Source: Verrucomicrobiia bacterium (GTDB taxonomy: Bacteria > Verrucomicrobiota > Verrucomicrobiia > Chthoniobacterales > Chthoniobacteraceae). From it: a DNA stretch of 39,238 nucleotides. Positions 18,704 to 28,122 of the stretch are shown here, piece after piece; the stretch's first letter is position 1; each line of letters starts with the position of its first letter. A program made the position numbers and the translations under genes. The notes under the pieces were generated by a model that ran no database searches, was not told the DNA's origin, and saw only the letters and a list, made by a program, of their open reading frames with translations. Location of the stretch: contig JBEIQV010000001.1 of the NCBI GenBank assembly GCA_040376335.1, positions 1-39,238 of the forward strand, in the 5' to 3' direction.

Positions 18704-20083
18704 ATGGCAAAAATCGTCATCATTGACGACGAACCGAACATCGTCGAACTCGTCGTCACCGCCTGCAAAGAACTCGGTCACGAAACGTTTCCTTTCGTCA
18801 ACAGCGCGAAGGCTCTGGAACAACTGCAGAACATCGCACCGCAACTCGTCATCTCGGACATCAAGATGGGTAAAGTTGACGGATTTGAAATTCTGCGGCG
18901 GATCAAAAATTCCGTGGAAAATTGCGAAGTCATCTTGATGACAGGCTTTGGTAACGAGGAGATCGCTGAGAAAGCCATTGGAGAAGGTGCGCGTTACTAC
19001 ATCCGCAAGCCTTTCAAAATTGCCGAAATGCAGACGCGTGTGAAACACACGATAGAATTCACCGACACGGCCAAGGAGAGAGACACGCTCAAGAAAGTGG
19101 TGAAGCGTGCGACGAATCCCGAAAATATCATCGGCACTTCGCAAAAAATGGACGGGGTCTATCACCTCATCCGCAAAGTTGCCGACACGGACTCTACGAT
19201 TTTGATTCAGGGCGAAAGCGGCACGGGCAAAGAGTTAGTCGCACGCGCACTTCATTTCAACAGCAGCCGACAGCACCAGCCGTTCGTCGCGATCAACTGC
19301 TCCGCTCTACCGGAAAATTTGCTAGAATCCGAATTGTTCGGTCACAAAAAAGGCGCGTTCACCGGTTCGGTGGCGGACAAGGCAGGGCTCTTTGAAGAAG
19401 CGGAACGCGGCACTATTTTTCTCGATGAAGTGAACTCAATGGCGCTCTCTTTGCAGACCAAGCTGCTGCGTGTATTGCAAGAGCGCCAGCTCCGCCGGGT
19501 GGGCGACAACAAGACAGTGCCCATCAACGTGCGCGTGCTCGCAGCAACCAACAGCTCGCTGCTGGAATTGGTGAAGGAGGGGAAATTTCGCGAGGATCTT
19601 TACTACCGGCTCGCGGTAATCCCGATCGAGATGCCTGCACTGCGCGAGCGCACGGAGGACATCCCATTGCTGGTGCAGCACTTTTTGAAAAAGACCACGG
19701 CTGGCGGCGGGCCTGGAGTAAAGATCGAGCCGAAAGCCGTCGAGGCGCTCCAGACTTATTCATGGCCGGGGAATGTGCGTGAATTGGAAAACGCCATCGA
19801 GCGTGCCTGTGCGTTATGCGACGATGCGATCATCCGCATCAGCGACCTACCTCCGCAAGTTTTGAAAATGTCCTGCGCTGGAATCGGCGAGAGCGGAGGG
19901 GCTATGCCGGTGGGTAAAAAGCTCGATGATTTCATTCACGAACAAGAGCGGCGGTTCATTGATGAAACGATCAAGGCAAACGCCGGAAACCGCGAGAAGG
20001 CGGCGAAAATGCTGGGCGTGAGCATGGCGACGCTTTACCGGAAAATTGATGTGAAGACGCCGAAGACAGCCAAGGCAAAATAG
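18704..20083 (+). CDS. Sigma-54-dependent response regulator (NtrC family)
   Basis: 459 aa. Receiver domain (LVISDIKMGKVDG). AAA+ domain with Walker A GESGTGKE, ESELFGHKKGAFTGS and Walker B IFLDEV. C-terminal Fis-type HTH (AAKMLGVSMATLYRKI). Confidence 0.9.
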   Translation: MAKIVIIDDEPNIVELVVTACKELGHETFPFVNSAKALEQLQNIAPQLVISDIKMGKVDGFEILRRIKNSVENCEVILMTGFGNEEIAEKAIGEGARYYIRKPFKIAEMQTRVKHTIEFTDTAKERDTLKKVVKRATNPENIIGTSQKMDGVYHLIRKVADTDSTILIQGESGTGKELVARALHFNSSRQHQPFVAINCSALPENLLESELFGHKKGAFTGSVADKAGLFEEAERGTIFLDEVNSMALSLQTKLLRVLQERQLRRVGDNKTVPINVRVLAATNSSLLELVKEGKFREDLYYRLAVIPIEMPALRERTEDIPLLVQHFLKKTTAGGGPGVKIEPKAVEALQTYSWPGNVRELENAIERACALCDDAIIRISDLPPQVLKMSCAGIGESGGAMPVGKKLDDFIHEQERRFIDETIKANAGNREKAAKMLGVSMATLYRKIDVKTPKTAKAK

Positions 20084-20109
20084 CCTGAGTAAGCTGCGCT
20101 GACATCCCC

Positions 20110-21042
20110 ATGCGTCTCGATCAGCCGCTCGTTTTCCGCCCGCTCTACATGGAGCGGATTTGGGGTGGACGCCGCTTGGCAGAGAAATTTGGGCGTCCGC
20201 TTCCAGATGGCGCGCCCATCGGAGAAAGCTGGGAACTTGTAGATCGTGAGGACGCTCAGAGCGTAGTGGAAAACGGCCCTCTTGCCGGAAAAACATTGCA
20301 CGAACTTTGGACCACGTTGCGTGAACCGATTTTTGGGTCTGTGGCGGATTCGCCGCGATTCCCGTTGCTCGCAAAAATCCTCGACGCCCGCGAGACGCTC
20401 AGTGTGCAGGTGCATCCGCCAGCAAGCATGGCAGGGGAATTGAAGGGCGAACCGAAAACGGAAATGTGGTTCCTGCTGGATTCGGAGCCTGACGCAGAAT
20501 TGTTCGCGGGATTCCGGAGCGGGACTACGCGTGAAAAATTTGAACTAGCTCTTGAGGAAGGACGCACGGCGGATTTGCTGCACCGGCTGCCTGTGCATGC
20601 GGGCGATGCGATTTTCATCCCGAGCGGACGCTGCCACGCCATCGGTGCCGGCTGCTTTATCGTAGAGATGCAGCAGAACAGTGACACGACTTACCGCGTT
20701 TTTGATTGGAATCGAGTCGGTCTCGACGGAAAGCCGCGCCCGCTGCATCTGCGCGAGTCGCTGCTTTCGATTGATTTCACCGACCACGAGCCATCTCTCG
20801 CCCAACGTGAAGGAGAGAGCGTCGTGAGGTGCGAGTATTTTAAAGTCGAACACTGGGATCTCGAACACACTCGAACGGACACCAGCGCGGGTTGCGCGAT
20901 TTTCACCCTGCTGAGTGGTGCGCTCACTTGTGGCGGATTCACTTTCAAAGCTGGTGATTTTTTCCTGCTCCCCGCCACGACGACGAACCGCACGCTTGTG
21001 CCGACACTGCCGTCAACAAGCGTGCTGCGAACGACGCTTTAG
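20110..21042 (+). CDS. manA: Class I mannose-6-phosphate isomerase (cupin)
   Basis: 310 aa. Motifs RIWGG, GESWEL, LSVQVHP, EMWFLL and CHAIGAG are typical of short type I PMI. Confidence 0.8.
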   Translation: MRLDQPLVFRPLYMERIWGGRRLAEKFGRPLPDGAPIGESWELVDREDAQSVVENGPLAGKTLHELWTTLREPIFGSVADSPRFPLLAKILDARETLSVQVHPPASMAGELKGEPKTEMWFLLDSEPDAELFAGFRSGTTREKFELALEEGRTADLLHRLPVHAGDAIFIPSGRCHAIGAGCFIVEMQQNSDTTYRVFDWNRVGLDGKPRPLHLRESLLSIDFTDHEPSLAQREGESVVRCEYFKVEHWDLEHTRTDTSAGCAIFTLLSGALTCGGFTFKAGDFFLLPATTTNRTLVPTLPSTSVLRTTL

Positions 21043-21046
21043 TTGG

Positions 21047-21352
21047 CTACGGGGCGAGTTTGCGCAGATATGTGAAATTGTAGAGCCCAGTGGCGTGTCC
21101 ATCTCCCCACGTCGGCTGGATCGCGTAGCCGCCGATCAAATTCCAACCGCGCAGCTCGAAACTCGACGGCTGATACTGCACCTCGGGCGCGAGCACATTG
21201 CCGAGCGCATCCGGTTCGCCGCAGCATGCTGCACACGGGCAGGAACGGCGGAGCGACTCAAAAGTAATGTAGGTCTCTCGCCCATCGCTCCACGCGATGG
21301 CGAGTTCGTTGCCAATAGTGGCGATGTTGTTCGGAGTAAGGCGCTCGTTCAT
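21047..21352 (-). CDS. DUF971 family protein
   Basis: 101 aa. LAIAWSDGRETYITFESLRRSCPCAACCGE is the characteristic DUF971 core. The start abuts the yggS stop with a 0-nt gap. Confidence 0.8.
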   Translation of the reverse strand: MNERLTPNNIATIGNELAIAWSDGRETYITFESLRRSCPCAACCGEPDALGNVLAPEVQYQPSSFELRGWNLIGGYAIQPTWGDGHATGLYNFTYLRKLAP

Positions 21353-22120
21353 TTAGTCATCAAAGCCGGTTGCCTCCGGCTTCCAAGCCTTACCGCTTCG
21401 CTCTCCAAAAATAGCCGTCCCCACCCGCACAAGCGTCGCCCCTTCTTCGATGGCCACGCAGAAATCACCGCTCATTCCCATTGAGAGCTGCGGTAAGGGC
21501 ACGCGAAACTCCGTCTGCAAACGATCCCGCAACTCACGGAGTGCGATGAAAAAACTGCGCGCCATTTCCGCCTTGGGCTGCGGGGGAGGAATGCACATCA
21601 GGCCGTCTATATTCAGACGACCCAAAGCCAGCAACTCCTCCATCTGCGCACGCAAAAGATCCGGCGCAAAACCAAACTTCGTCCCTTCTCCAGCCACGTT
21701 CACTTCCACCAACACGTGAGGAAAAGCACCGCACTCGCCAGCGATACGATCAATGTAGCGAGCCAACTCCAAAGAATCCACGCCATGCAGCATCTCGAAC
21801 AATGGCAGCGCATGGCGGATTTTATTTTTTTGCAAATGCCCGACGAAATGCCAGCGTGCCCGTGCCGGAATGAGCGGTATCTTAGCACGTGCCTCCTGCA
21901 CGCGGCTTTCACCAAAAATCAACTGCCCTGCATCCAGCGCTTCAATCACCGATTCGGGCGGATGAGTTTTCGATACAGCGACGAGGGAAATTTCTTCAAC
22001 TTTTCTTCCTGAACGAGATGCGGCATCAGCCATTAGGCCGCGCACAGCGTCCAAGCGGTCAAATAATGAGTTATTATTCACTGTATTTTGTATTATTTGT
22101 CTGTTCAGTAGCAAACTCAC
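21353..22120 (-). CDS. yggS: YggS-family pyridoxal-phosphate homeostasis protein
   Basis: 255 aa. LVAVSKTHP (PLP lysine), HFVGHLQKNK, LSMGMSGDF and VRVGTAIFG. Confidence 0.9.
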   Translation of the reverse strand: MSLLLNRQIIQNTVNNNSLFDRLDAVRGLMADAASRSGRKVEEISLVAVSKTHPPESVIEALDAGQLIFGESRVQEARAKIPLIPARARWHFVGHLQKNKIRHALPLFEMLHGVDSLELARYIDRIAGECGAFPHVLVEVNVAGEGTKFGFAPDLLRAQMEELLALGRLNIDGLMCIPPPQPKAEMARSFFIALRELRDRLQTEFRVPLPQLSMGMSGDFCVAIEEGATLVRVGTAIFGERSGKAWKPEATGFDD

Positions 22121-22137
22121 AGCATAGCTATCGTATT

Positions 22138-22161
22138 ATTACGTAGAAATAACTGCGTAAT
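22138..22161. promoter_or_regulatory. Candidate LysR-type operator dyad in a divergent promoter
   Basis: ATTACG-N12-CGTAAT perfect dyad in the 76-bp AT-rich gap between yggS (-) and the LysR gene (+). Confidence 0.3.
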
Positions 22162-22196
22162 AAATCCTTCAAACTCACCATAAACCTTCAAAAATA

Positions 22197-23081
22197 ATGT
22201 ATATCGATTCATTCAAAGTCTTCTGCGACCTAGTCAAAACCAGCAGTTTCTCAAAGTCCGCAGTGCTCAACAACATCACCCAAAGTGCGGTCAGTCAGCA
22301 AGTGCGCAGCTTGGAAATTCGATTCGACTGCACGCTCGTTGAGCGCGGACGGCGCAATCTTTCGCTCACTCCCGAAGGCCTTGCCTTTCATAAGACATGC
22401 GAAAAAATAATTTCTGTCTGGGATGATTTCGAAGCACGACTCAAGGAAATCAAAAATGTTGTTGAAGGCGAGGTTCGTGTGGCTTCGATCTACAGCATCG
22501 GGTTGCACGAATTACCAGCACGCCTGAAAACTTTTAGCGACAAAAACCCGGATGTGCACGTGCGTGTCGATTACTGCCGTTCACAGCAGGTGTATGAAAT
22601 GATTGAGTCCGGCAAAGCCGATCTCGGCTTGGTGGCTTATCCTGCAAAACATTCGGGCGTCCTGTTTGAAGTTTTCGATGAAGATCATCTGGTGTTGATT
22701 TGCCATCCGAAGCACCCATTGGCCGCAAAGAAGAAAGTTTCACTGAGCGCGCTCAAGGGAGAGAAGTTCCTCTCTTTCGATCCTGAATCGCCCACACGTA
22801 AAGCCATTGATCGATGCCTGCGTGACGCCCAAGTGAAGGTCGTGAACGCTGGTGAATTCGACAATATCGAAACAGTCAAACGCTCAGTCGAAATCGAGAG
22901 CGGCATCTCCATCGTGCCTTCGCACTCGATAAAGCAGGAGGTGAAAGCTGGCCGACTCGTCGCAGTGGAAATAGAGGGTCAGAAACTAACGCGTCCGCTA
23001 GGGCTTGTTTACAGCCGCACGCGTCCCCGTCCCGCGGGCCTGAAAGAACTGATCGCTTCGCTCAAGGAGTCCGCGAAGTAA
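22197..23081 (+). CDS. LysR-family transcriptional regulator
   Basis: 294 aa. N-terminal wHTH (FSKSAVLNNITQSAVSQQVRSLE) and a C-terminal substrate-binding domain. Confidence 0.9.
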   Translation: MYIDSFKVFCDLVKTSSFSKSAVLNNITQSAVSQQVRSLEIRFDCTLVERGRRNLSLTPEGLAFHKTCEKIISVWDDFEARLKEIKNVVEGEVRVASIYSIGLHELPARLKTFSDKNPDVHVRVDYCRSQQVYEMIESGKADLGLVAYPAKHSGVLFEVFDEDHLVLICHPKHPLAAKKKVSLSALKGEKFLSFDPESPTRKAIDRCLRDAQVKVVNAGEFDNIETVKRSVEIESGISIVPSHSIKQEVKAGRLVAVEIEGQKLTRPLGLVYSRTRPRPAGLKELIASLKESAK

Positions 23082-23126
23082 CTCCGATCTTTTCATTCGA
23101 GGCCCGTGTCTGCTTCTTTAAACACC

Positions 23127-23981
23127 ATGGAAGCAAACATCGGCATCATAGGCGGCAGCGGGCTTTACCAAATCGAGGGACTCACTGACGTCTGCGAACA
23201 CCAGTTGGAGACGCCTTTCGGAAGACCCTCTGATGCAATCATCGGTGGAAAACTCGGCGGGCGGCAGGTCTTCTTTTTACCAAGGCACGCGCGTGGGCAC
23301 CGTATTTTGCCGCATGAACTTCCGCACAAGGCAAACATCTGGGCTTTGCGCTCACTAGGCGTGCGATTCGTTGTGTGTGTGACTGCCGTGGGTTCGTTGC
23401 AGGAAAAATATGCACCACGACACATCGTGCTTCCGTCGCAGTTTTTTGACCGCACATCGCAGATTCACACATTCTTCGGCGCTGGAATCGTCGCGCACGC
23501 CTCATTTGCAGAACCGATCTCTGCGGCATTGCAGCAGATCATTTTCGAGGAAGGAAGCGAGCTAGGCTGCACGATGCACAAGGGTGGCACCTATGTGAAT
23601 ATGGATGGTCCGCAATTCAGCACACGTGCAGAGAGCGAGACGAATCGAAAGCTTGGCTTCGACGTGATCGGCATGACCAACCTCGCCGAAGCAAAGCTTT
23701 GTCGCGAAGCAGAAATCGCCATGGCAACACTCGCTATGATCACCGATTACGACTGCTGGAAAGTCGAGGAGGAACCAGTGACTGCGGAGGCCGTCATCTC
23801 CCATCTGCTCGCCAATGCGGACACTGCCAAACGCATTCTAGCCCGAGTGGTTCCGCGCATTCCAACTACGGCGGACTGGCCGGAGCATCGTGCGCTGGAC
23901 ATGGCGCTAGTGACTGACCGCAAGCTGTGGCCGGCGAAAACTGCGGAGAAACTCAAACCAATCCTCGGGCGCTTTTTGTAA
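23127..23981 (+). CDS. mtnP: S-methyl-5'-thioadenosine phosphorylase
   Basis: GIIGGSGLY, FLPRHARGH, MTNLAEAKLCREAEI and ITDYDCW. The ATG at 23127 is preferred over the GTG at 23106. Confidence 0.9.
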   Translation: MEANIGIIGGSGLYQIEGLTDVCEHQLETPFGRPSDAIIGGKLGGRQVFFLPRHARGHRILPHELPHKANIWALRSLGVRFVVCVTAVGSLQEKYAPRHIVLPSQFFDRTSQIHTFFGAGIVAHASFAEPISAALQQIIFEEGSELGCTMHKGGTYVNMDGPQFSTRAESETNRKLGFDVIGMTNLAEAKLCREAEIAMATLAMITDYDCWKVEEEPVTAEAVISHLLANADTAKRILARVVPRIPTTADWPEHRALDMALVTDRKLWPAKTAEKLKPILGRFL

Positions 23982-23990
23982 ATTAGTGCA

Positions 23991-24010
23991 AGCGGCACCG
24001 CTGGTTTTTT
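23991..24010 (+). terminator. Weak intrinsic terminator candidate after mtnP
   Basis: AGCGG-CA-CCGCT short stem (23991-24002), then GG and TTTTTT (24005-24010). The stem is short and the loop is tight. Confidence 0.35.
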
Positions 24011-24014
24011 CGGC

Positions 24015-24830
24015 TTATTCGACAGCCGCAATCATCCGCGTTGCCTGTGCGGCGGCGCGCACGTTGTGGACGCGGAAAATTTGCGCGCCACGCAGCATTC
24101 CGCTCACGAGACAGGCGATGGTGCCCGCATCGCGTTCCGGCGCGGGCAGGCCGAGCACGGCGCCGATGACTGTTTTGCGCGACACTGGCAGGAGCAGCGG
24201 ACGGCCAAAGTGGTGCAGCCGTTCCAACTCGCGGTAGATGCGCAGGTTGTCGTCTCGCTGTTTCGCGAAATCTATGCCGGGGTCGAGAATCGTTGCCTCG
24301 CGTGGCACGCCCGCTTTTTCCACGAGTGCGATTTTTTCTGAGAAGAAGTCATCGAGTCGCGCCATCACGTCATCGTAGCCGACGTGCGTGTGTGCGACTT
24401 TCGGCTGGCCCACTGTGTGCATGATGAGCAGCGCTGCGCCCGTGTCGGCGCAAATGCGCGCATTCTCGTCGTCGGGCAGTGCGCCGATGTCGTTGAGGAT
24501 GTGACCGCCGCGCGGCAGCACGCGACGCGCGACGCCGGGCCGCCATGTGTTGATGGAAAGCAAAGTCGGATCGTCCCAGCGTTCGATGAAACGCAGCAGT
24601 TGCGACGCTTCCTCCTCCTCGGGGATTGGGCCGCGATTGGTGCGCGCGCTTTCGGCCCCGATGTCCACGATGTCCGCGCCGTCGGCGACAAGCTGCCGCG
24701 CTTTCACCACCGCTGCTTCGATGTCCGTGATGCCGTCGCCGGAGAACGAATCCGCGACCAGATTCACAATGCCCATGATGAGCGGACGGCGTGGAAAAGT
24801 GATCGTGTGGCCGCGAGCGAGGAGTTTCAC
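24015..24830 (-). CDS. folP: Dihydropteroate synthase
   Basis: IMGIVNLVADSFSGDG, DIVDIGAESARTNRG, LLSINTW and ILDPGIDFAK. The GTG at 24830 overlaps the upstream gene's TGA (GTGA), so it is preferred over the track start at 24890. Confidence 0.9.
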   Translation of the reverse strand: MKLLARGHTITFPRRPLIMGIVNLVADSFSGDGITDIEAAVVKARQLVADGADIVDIGAESARTNRGPIPEEEEASQLLRFIERWDDPTLLSINTWRPGVARRVLPRGGHILNDIGALPDDENARICADTGAALLIMHTVGQPKVAHTHVGYDDVMARLDDFFSEKIALVEKAGVPREATILDPGIDFAKQRDDNLRIYRELERLHHFGRPLLLPVSRKTVIGAVLGLPAPERDAGTIACLVSGMLRGAQIFRVHNVRAAAQATRMIAAVE

Positions 24831-25639
24831 GGCAGCGGCACGGTGGAGCGTTTGCGGCGCGTGAAACGCAGCGTCTCCGTGTAGCCGCAAATTTTTGCCA
24901 GCGCCGCAGCCTCCACGAAACGCGCGCCCACATCCCCAGGCGTGTGAGCGTCGGAGCTAATCAGAATCGGCACGCCCGCCGCGTTTGCGAGTTCAATGAA
25001 TTCACGTGCCGGATATTGCTCGGCGCATTCCTTTCGCCAGCCAGCGGTGTTGATTTCGTAGGGCACGCCTGACTCCGCAAGCGCGGCAATCGCGCCGTCG
25101 TAGTAGCGTCGCAAGTCGCCCGCCGGATGAATGCCAAATTTTTTCGGCAAATCTGGATGCGCCACAAAATCAAACAGTCCACTGCGAATACACTGCGCAT
25201 AGAGCCGCCAGTAGCTCGCCCAGATTTCCTCCGCTGCGCCGCCCGTGTGACGGCTGAGATACTTTGGATTATCCACCTCCCAGCCCTCCGGCAGATAATG
25301 GACGCTGCCGATGAGGTAATCCCATTCCGCCATACCCGCGAGTTCTTCGATCCACTTTTCTTGTCCGGGGATGAAATCACATTCCAGCCCGAGCTTGATG
25401 TTGAGTTGCGGAAATTCCGCGCGCGCCTTCGCGACTTCGTCGAAATAGCGCGGCAAATCCTCGCGCAACATCCGCCAGTCATCGAACGGTTCCGGCATCG
25501 GATTGTGATCCGCAAAACCCAGTTCCCCCAGACCGCGCTCCACCGCCGCACGTGCATAATCCACTGGCCACCCCTCCGCATGACGGCAGAGCGGCGTGTG
25601 CGTGTGGTAATCAGCAAGATTGGTGAGCAGCGAAGGCAC
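24827..25639 (-). CDS. HisJ-family histidinol-phosphatase (PHP domain)
   Basis: 270 aa. DYHTHTPLCRHA, GFADH, GSVH and SSDAH metal-binding motifs. Confidence 0.85.
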   Translation of the reverse strand: MPSLLTNLADYHTHTPLCRHAEGWPVDYARAAVERGLGELGFADHNPMPEPFDDWRMLREDLPRYFDEVAKARAEFPQLNIKLGLECDFIPGQEKWIEELAGMAEWDYLIGSVHYLPEGWEVDNPKYLSRHTGGAAEEIWASYWRLYAQCIRSGLFDFVAHPDLPKKFGIHPAGDLRRYYDGAIAALAESGVPYEINTAGWRKECAEQYPAREFIELANAAGVPILISSDAHTPGDVGARFVEAAALAKICGYTETLRFTRRKRSTVPLP

Positions 25640-25839
25640 AAGCCGTCTCTACGCTCCCGCCGCCCCACAGGCAACGCCGCACTCTGATCGCCCTTTTAAG
25701 TGATGCCCGGCAATGCTGGTTGACCCTTTGAAGGACTGGGACGAGTGTAGCTGGGATTTGTTCAGGGCCGCTCGCCATTTCGGGTGAGGCACCGGTCGCT
25801 GCTGTGGTGAGGCGGACAAGAATCCGGGAACTGCTGCCT

Positions 25840-28122
25840 ATGAATACACTGACCAATACCAAACACATCGCCTTCGTCGGCGATTACGTGCCGCGACGCT
25901 GCGGCATTGCCACTTTTACAGCGGACATTTGCGAGGCCATCGCTGCGGAGTTTCCGCAGGCGCAGTGCATCGTGGGGTCTGTGAATGATCGGCCCGAGGG
26001 ATACGATTATCCATCGCGGGTGCGGTTCGAGATTGATGAGCAGGAGTTGGATTCCTACCGGCGTGCAGCGGAATTTTTGAACATCAACAACGTCGAAGTC
26101 GTTTCCGTGCAGCACGAGTTCGGCATCTATGGCGGTGCTGCGGGCGCACACTTGCTCGAGTTTCTGCGCGAGGTGCGAAAGCCGGTGGTCACGACGCTGC
26201 ACACCGTTCTCAGCGAACCGAACAGCGATCAGCGTGCGGTGATGGAGCAACTCAATGTGTTCTCGAATCGCTTCATCGTAATGGCCGAGCGTGGGCGAGA
26301 TTTGCTGATGAGCGTTTATGGTATCGCGCCGGAGAAAATAGATCTCATTCCACATGGCGTGATTGATATGCCGTTCATTGACTCGAATTTTTACAAGGAC
26401 GTCTTTGGCGTGGAAGGAAAGACGGTGCTGCTCACCTTTGGTCTGCTATCGCCGAACAAGGGCATCGAGCACGTCATCGAGGCGCTGCCGGAGATTCTCA
26501 AGCGGCATCCACAAATCGTGTATCTCGTGCTCGGCGCGACGCACCCGCATTTGCTGGCGCGCGAAGGCGAGGCGTATCGTGAAAAACTGGAGCGTCTCGC
26601 GGAAACGTGCGGCGTGTCGGAGCAGGTAATATTTTACAACCGCTTCGCAACGATCGAGGAGTTGAAGGAATTCATTGGCGCGGCGGACATTTACATCACG
26701 CCGTATCTCAACGAAGCGCAGGTCACTTCCGGCACGCTCGCTTACACGTTCGGCGCCGGGAAGGCGATCATCTCCACTCCGTATTGGCACGCGCAGGAGT
26801 TGCTCGCAGGCGAGCGCGGTTTGCTGGTTCCGTTTCGGGATTCGGCGGCGATTGCAGAGGGCGTGAATCATTTTCTCTCGAACCCGACTTTGATGACTGC
26901 GATGCGAAAGCGTGCGTGGAAAGCAGGGCGCGAGATGATCTGGCCGGTCGTCGCGCGGCGCTACATGGAGAGTTTCGAGCGTGCGCGCGCGAGCCTCAGC
27001 GTGCCGTCGGTGGAAACTGTAGCCGTCCGCACTATCGAGCACGCGAACTATCCCGTCCCGCCACTGAAGCTCGATCATCTGCTCAAGATGAGCGACCACA
27101 CGGGCATCTTTCAGCACGCGATCTACAACGTGCCGAACTACCACGAAGGCTATTGCACCGATGACAATGCGCGTGCGTTTATCTTCACCGTGCTGCTGCA
27201 AAAAATGGAGGAGCCGCAGCCGGAGATTGAGCGGCTGGAAAGCAGCTACCTCGCGTTCCTGTGGTATGCGTTCGATGCGAATACGTCGCGCTTTCGCAAC
27301 TTCATGAATCATCACCGGCAGTGGATCGAGCGTGCCGGCTCGGAGGACAGCCACGCACGCGCGCTATGGGCTGTCGGCACAGCGCTCGGGCGCTCGCGCA
27401 ACGAAGGACATCGCAATCTCTGTGCGCTGCTTTTTCAACGCGGACTGCCGCCGGTCGCGCGGTTCAGTTCACCACGTGCGTGGGCGTTTGCGTTGATCGC
27501 GATTCACGAATATCTGCGCACTTTTTCCGGTGACCGCGTGGTGGCGAAAATGCGCGACCTGCTCGCGAGGAAACTCGTGGCTTTGTATCACACAAATGCA
27601 TCGTCGAACTGGCAGTGGTTCGAGCGCATCGCTACCTACGATAACGCCAAACTCTCGCACGCACTGATCCTGAGCGGTCATTGGACTTCCAACGGCGAAA
27701 TGCTCGATATCGGACTCAATTCGCTGCGTTGGCTGCTCGAAGCGCAGACTGCGGAGGGTGGTCACTTCGCGCCGATTGGTTGCCACGGATTCTGGACGCA
27801 TGACTGCGAGCGTGCGCGTTTTGATCAACAACCGCTCGAAGCACACTCAATGCTCTCCGCTTGTCTCGAAGCGTTCGCTGTCACGCGGGATGACTACTGG
27901 CACCGCGCAGCGCGCAGTTGCTTCGAGTGGTTTCTCGGTCGAAACGATCTCGGCCAGTCGCTCTATGATCCGACGACAGGCGGTTGCCGCGATGCGCTGC
28001 TGCAGGATCATCTCAACCAGAATCAGGGCGCAGAATCCTCGCTGGCCTTCTACCTTTCCCTCGCCGAACTCACACACGCAGAAGGCGTGCAACCCGCGAT
28101 CCTGCCGATATGCGCAGCTTGA
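25840..28122 (+). CDS. GT4-family glycosyltransferase with a ~370-aa C-terminal extension
   Basis: The ATG at 25840 (MNTLTNTKHIAFVG) is preferred over the track start at 25804. GT-B fold features are present (VVSVQHEFGIYGG; LLTFGLLSPNKGIE; ITPYLNEAQVTSGTLAYTFGAGKAIISTP). The C-terminal half is Trp/His-rich with no recognised motif. Confidence 0.85.
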   Translation: MNTLTNTKHIAFVGDYVPRRCGIATFTADICEAIAAEFPQAQCIVGSVNDRPEGYDYPSRVRFEIDEQELDSYRRAAEFLNINNVEVVSVQHEFGIYGGAAGAHLLEFLREVRKPVVTTLHTVLSEPNSDQRAVMEQLNVFSNRFIVMAERGRDLLMSVYGIAPEKIDLIPHGVIDMPFIDSNFYKDVFGVEGKTVLLTFGLLSPNKGIEHVIEALPEILKRHPQIVYLVLGATHPHLLAREGEAYREKLERLAETCGVSEQVIFYNRFATIEELKEFIGAADIYITPYLNEAQVTSGTLAYTFGAGKAIISTPYWHAQELLAGERGLLVPFRDSAAIAEGVNHFLSNPTLMTAMRKRAWKAGREMIWPVVARRYMESFERARASLSVPSVETVAVRTIEHANYPVPPLKLDHLLKMSDHTGIFQHAIYNVPNYHEGYCTDDNARAFIFTVLLQKMEEPQPEIERLESSYLAFLWYAFDANTSRFRNFMNHHRQWIERAGSEDSHARALWAVGTALGRSRNEGHRNLCALLFQRGLPPVARFSSPRAWAFALIAIHEYLRTFSGDRVVAKMRDLLARKLVALYHTNASSNWQWFERIATYDNAKLSHALILSGHWTSNGEMLDIGLNSLRWLLEAQTAEGGHFAPIGCHGFWTHDCERARFDQQPLEAHSMLSACLEAFAVTRDDYWHRAARSCFEWFLGRNDLGQSLYDPTTGGCRDALLQDHLNQNQGAESSLAFYLSLAELTHAEGVQPAILPICAA

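Noticed and set aside
24370-25674. Alternative-frame Arg-rich ORFs (24370-24933, 24961-25674 and 25127-25687)
   Set aside because: They overlap folP and the HisJ-like gene in other frames or strands. The Arg/Ala/Pro-rich translations are typical of off-frame reading in GC-rich DNA.
26446-27354. 302-aa minus-strand ORF
   Set aside because: It is antisense to the GT4 glycosyltransferase and its translation is Arg-rich with no motifs.
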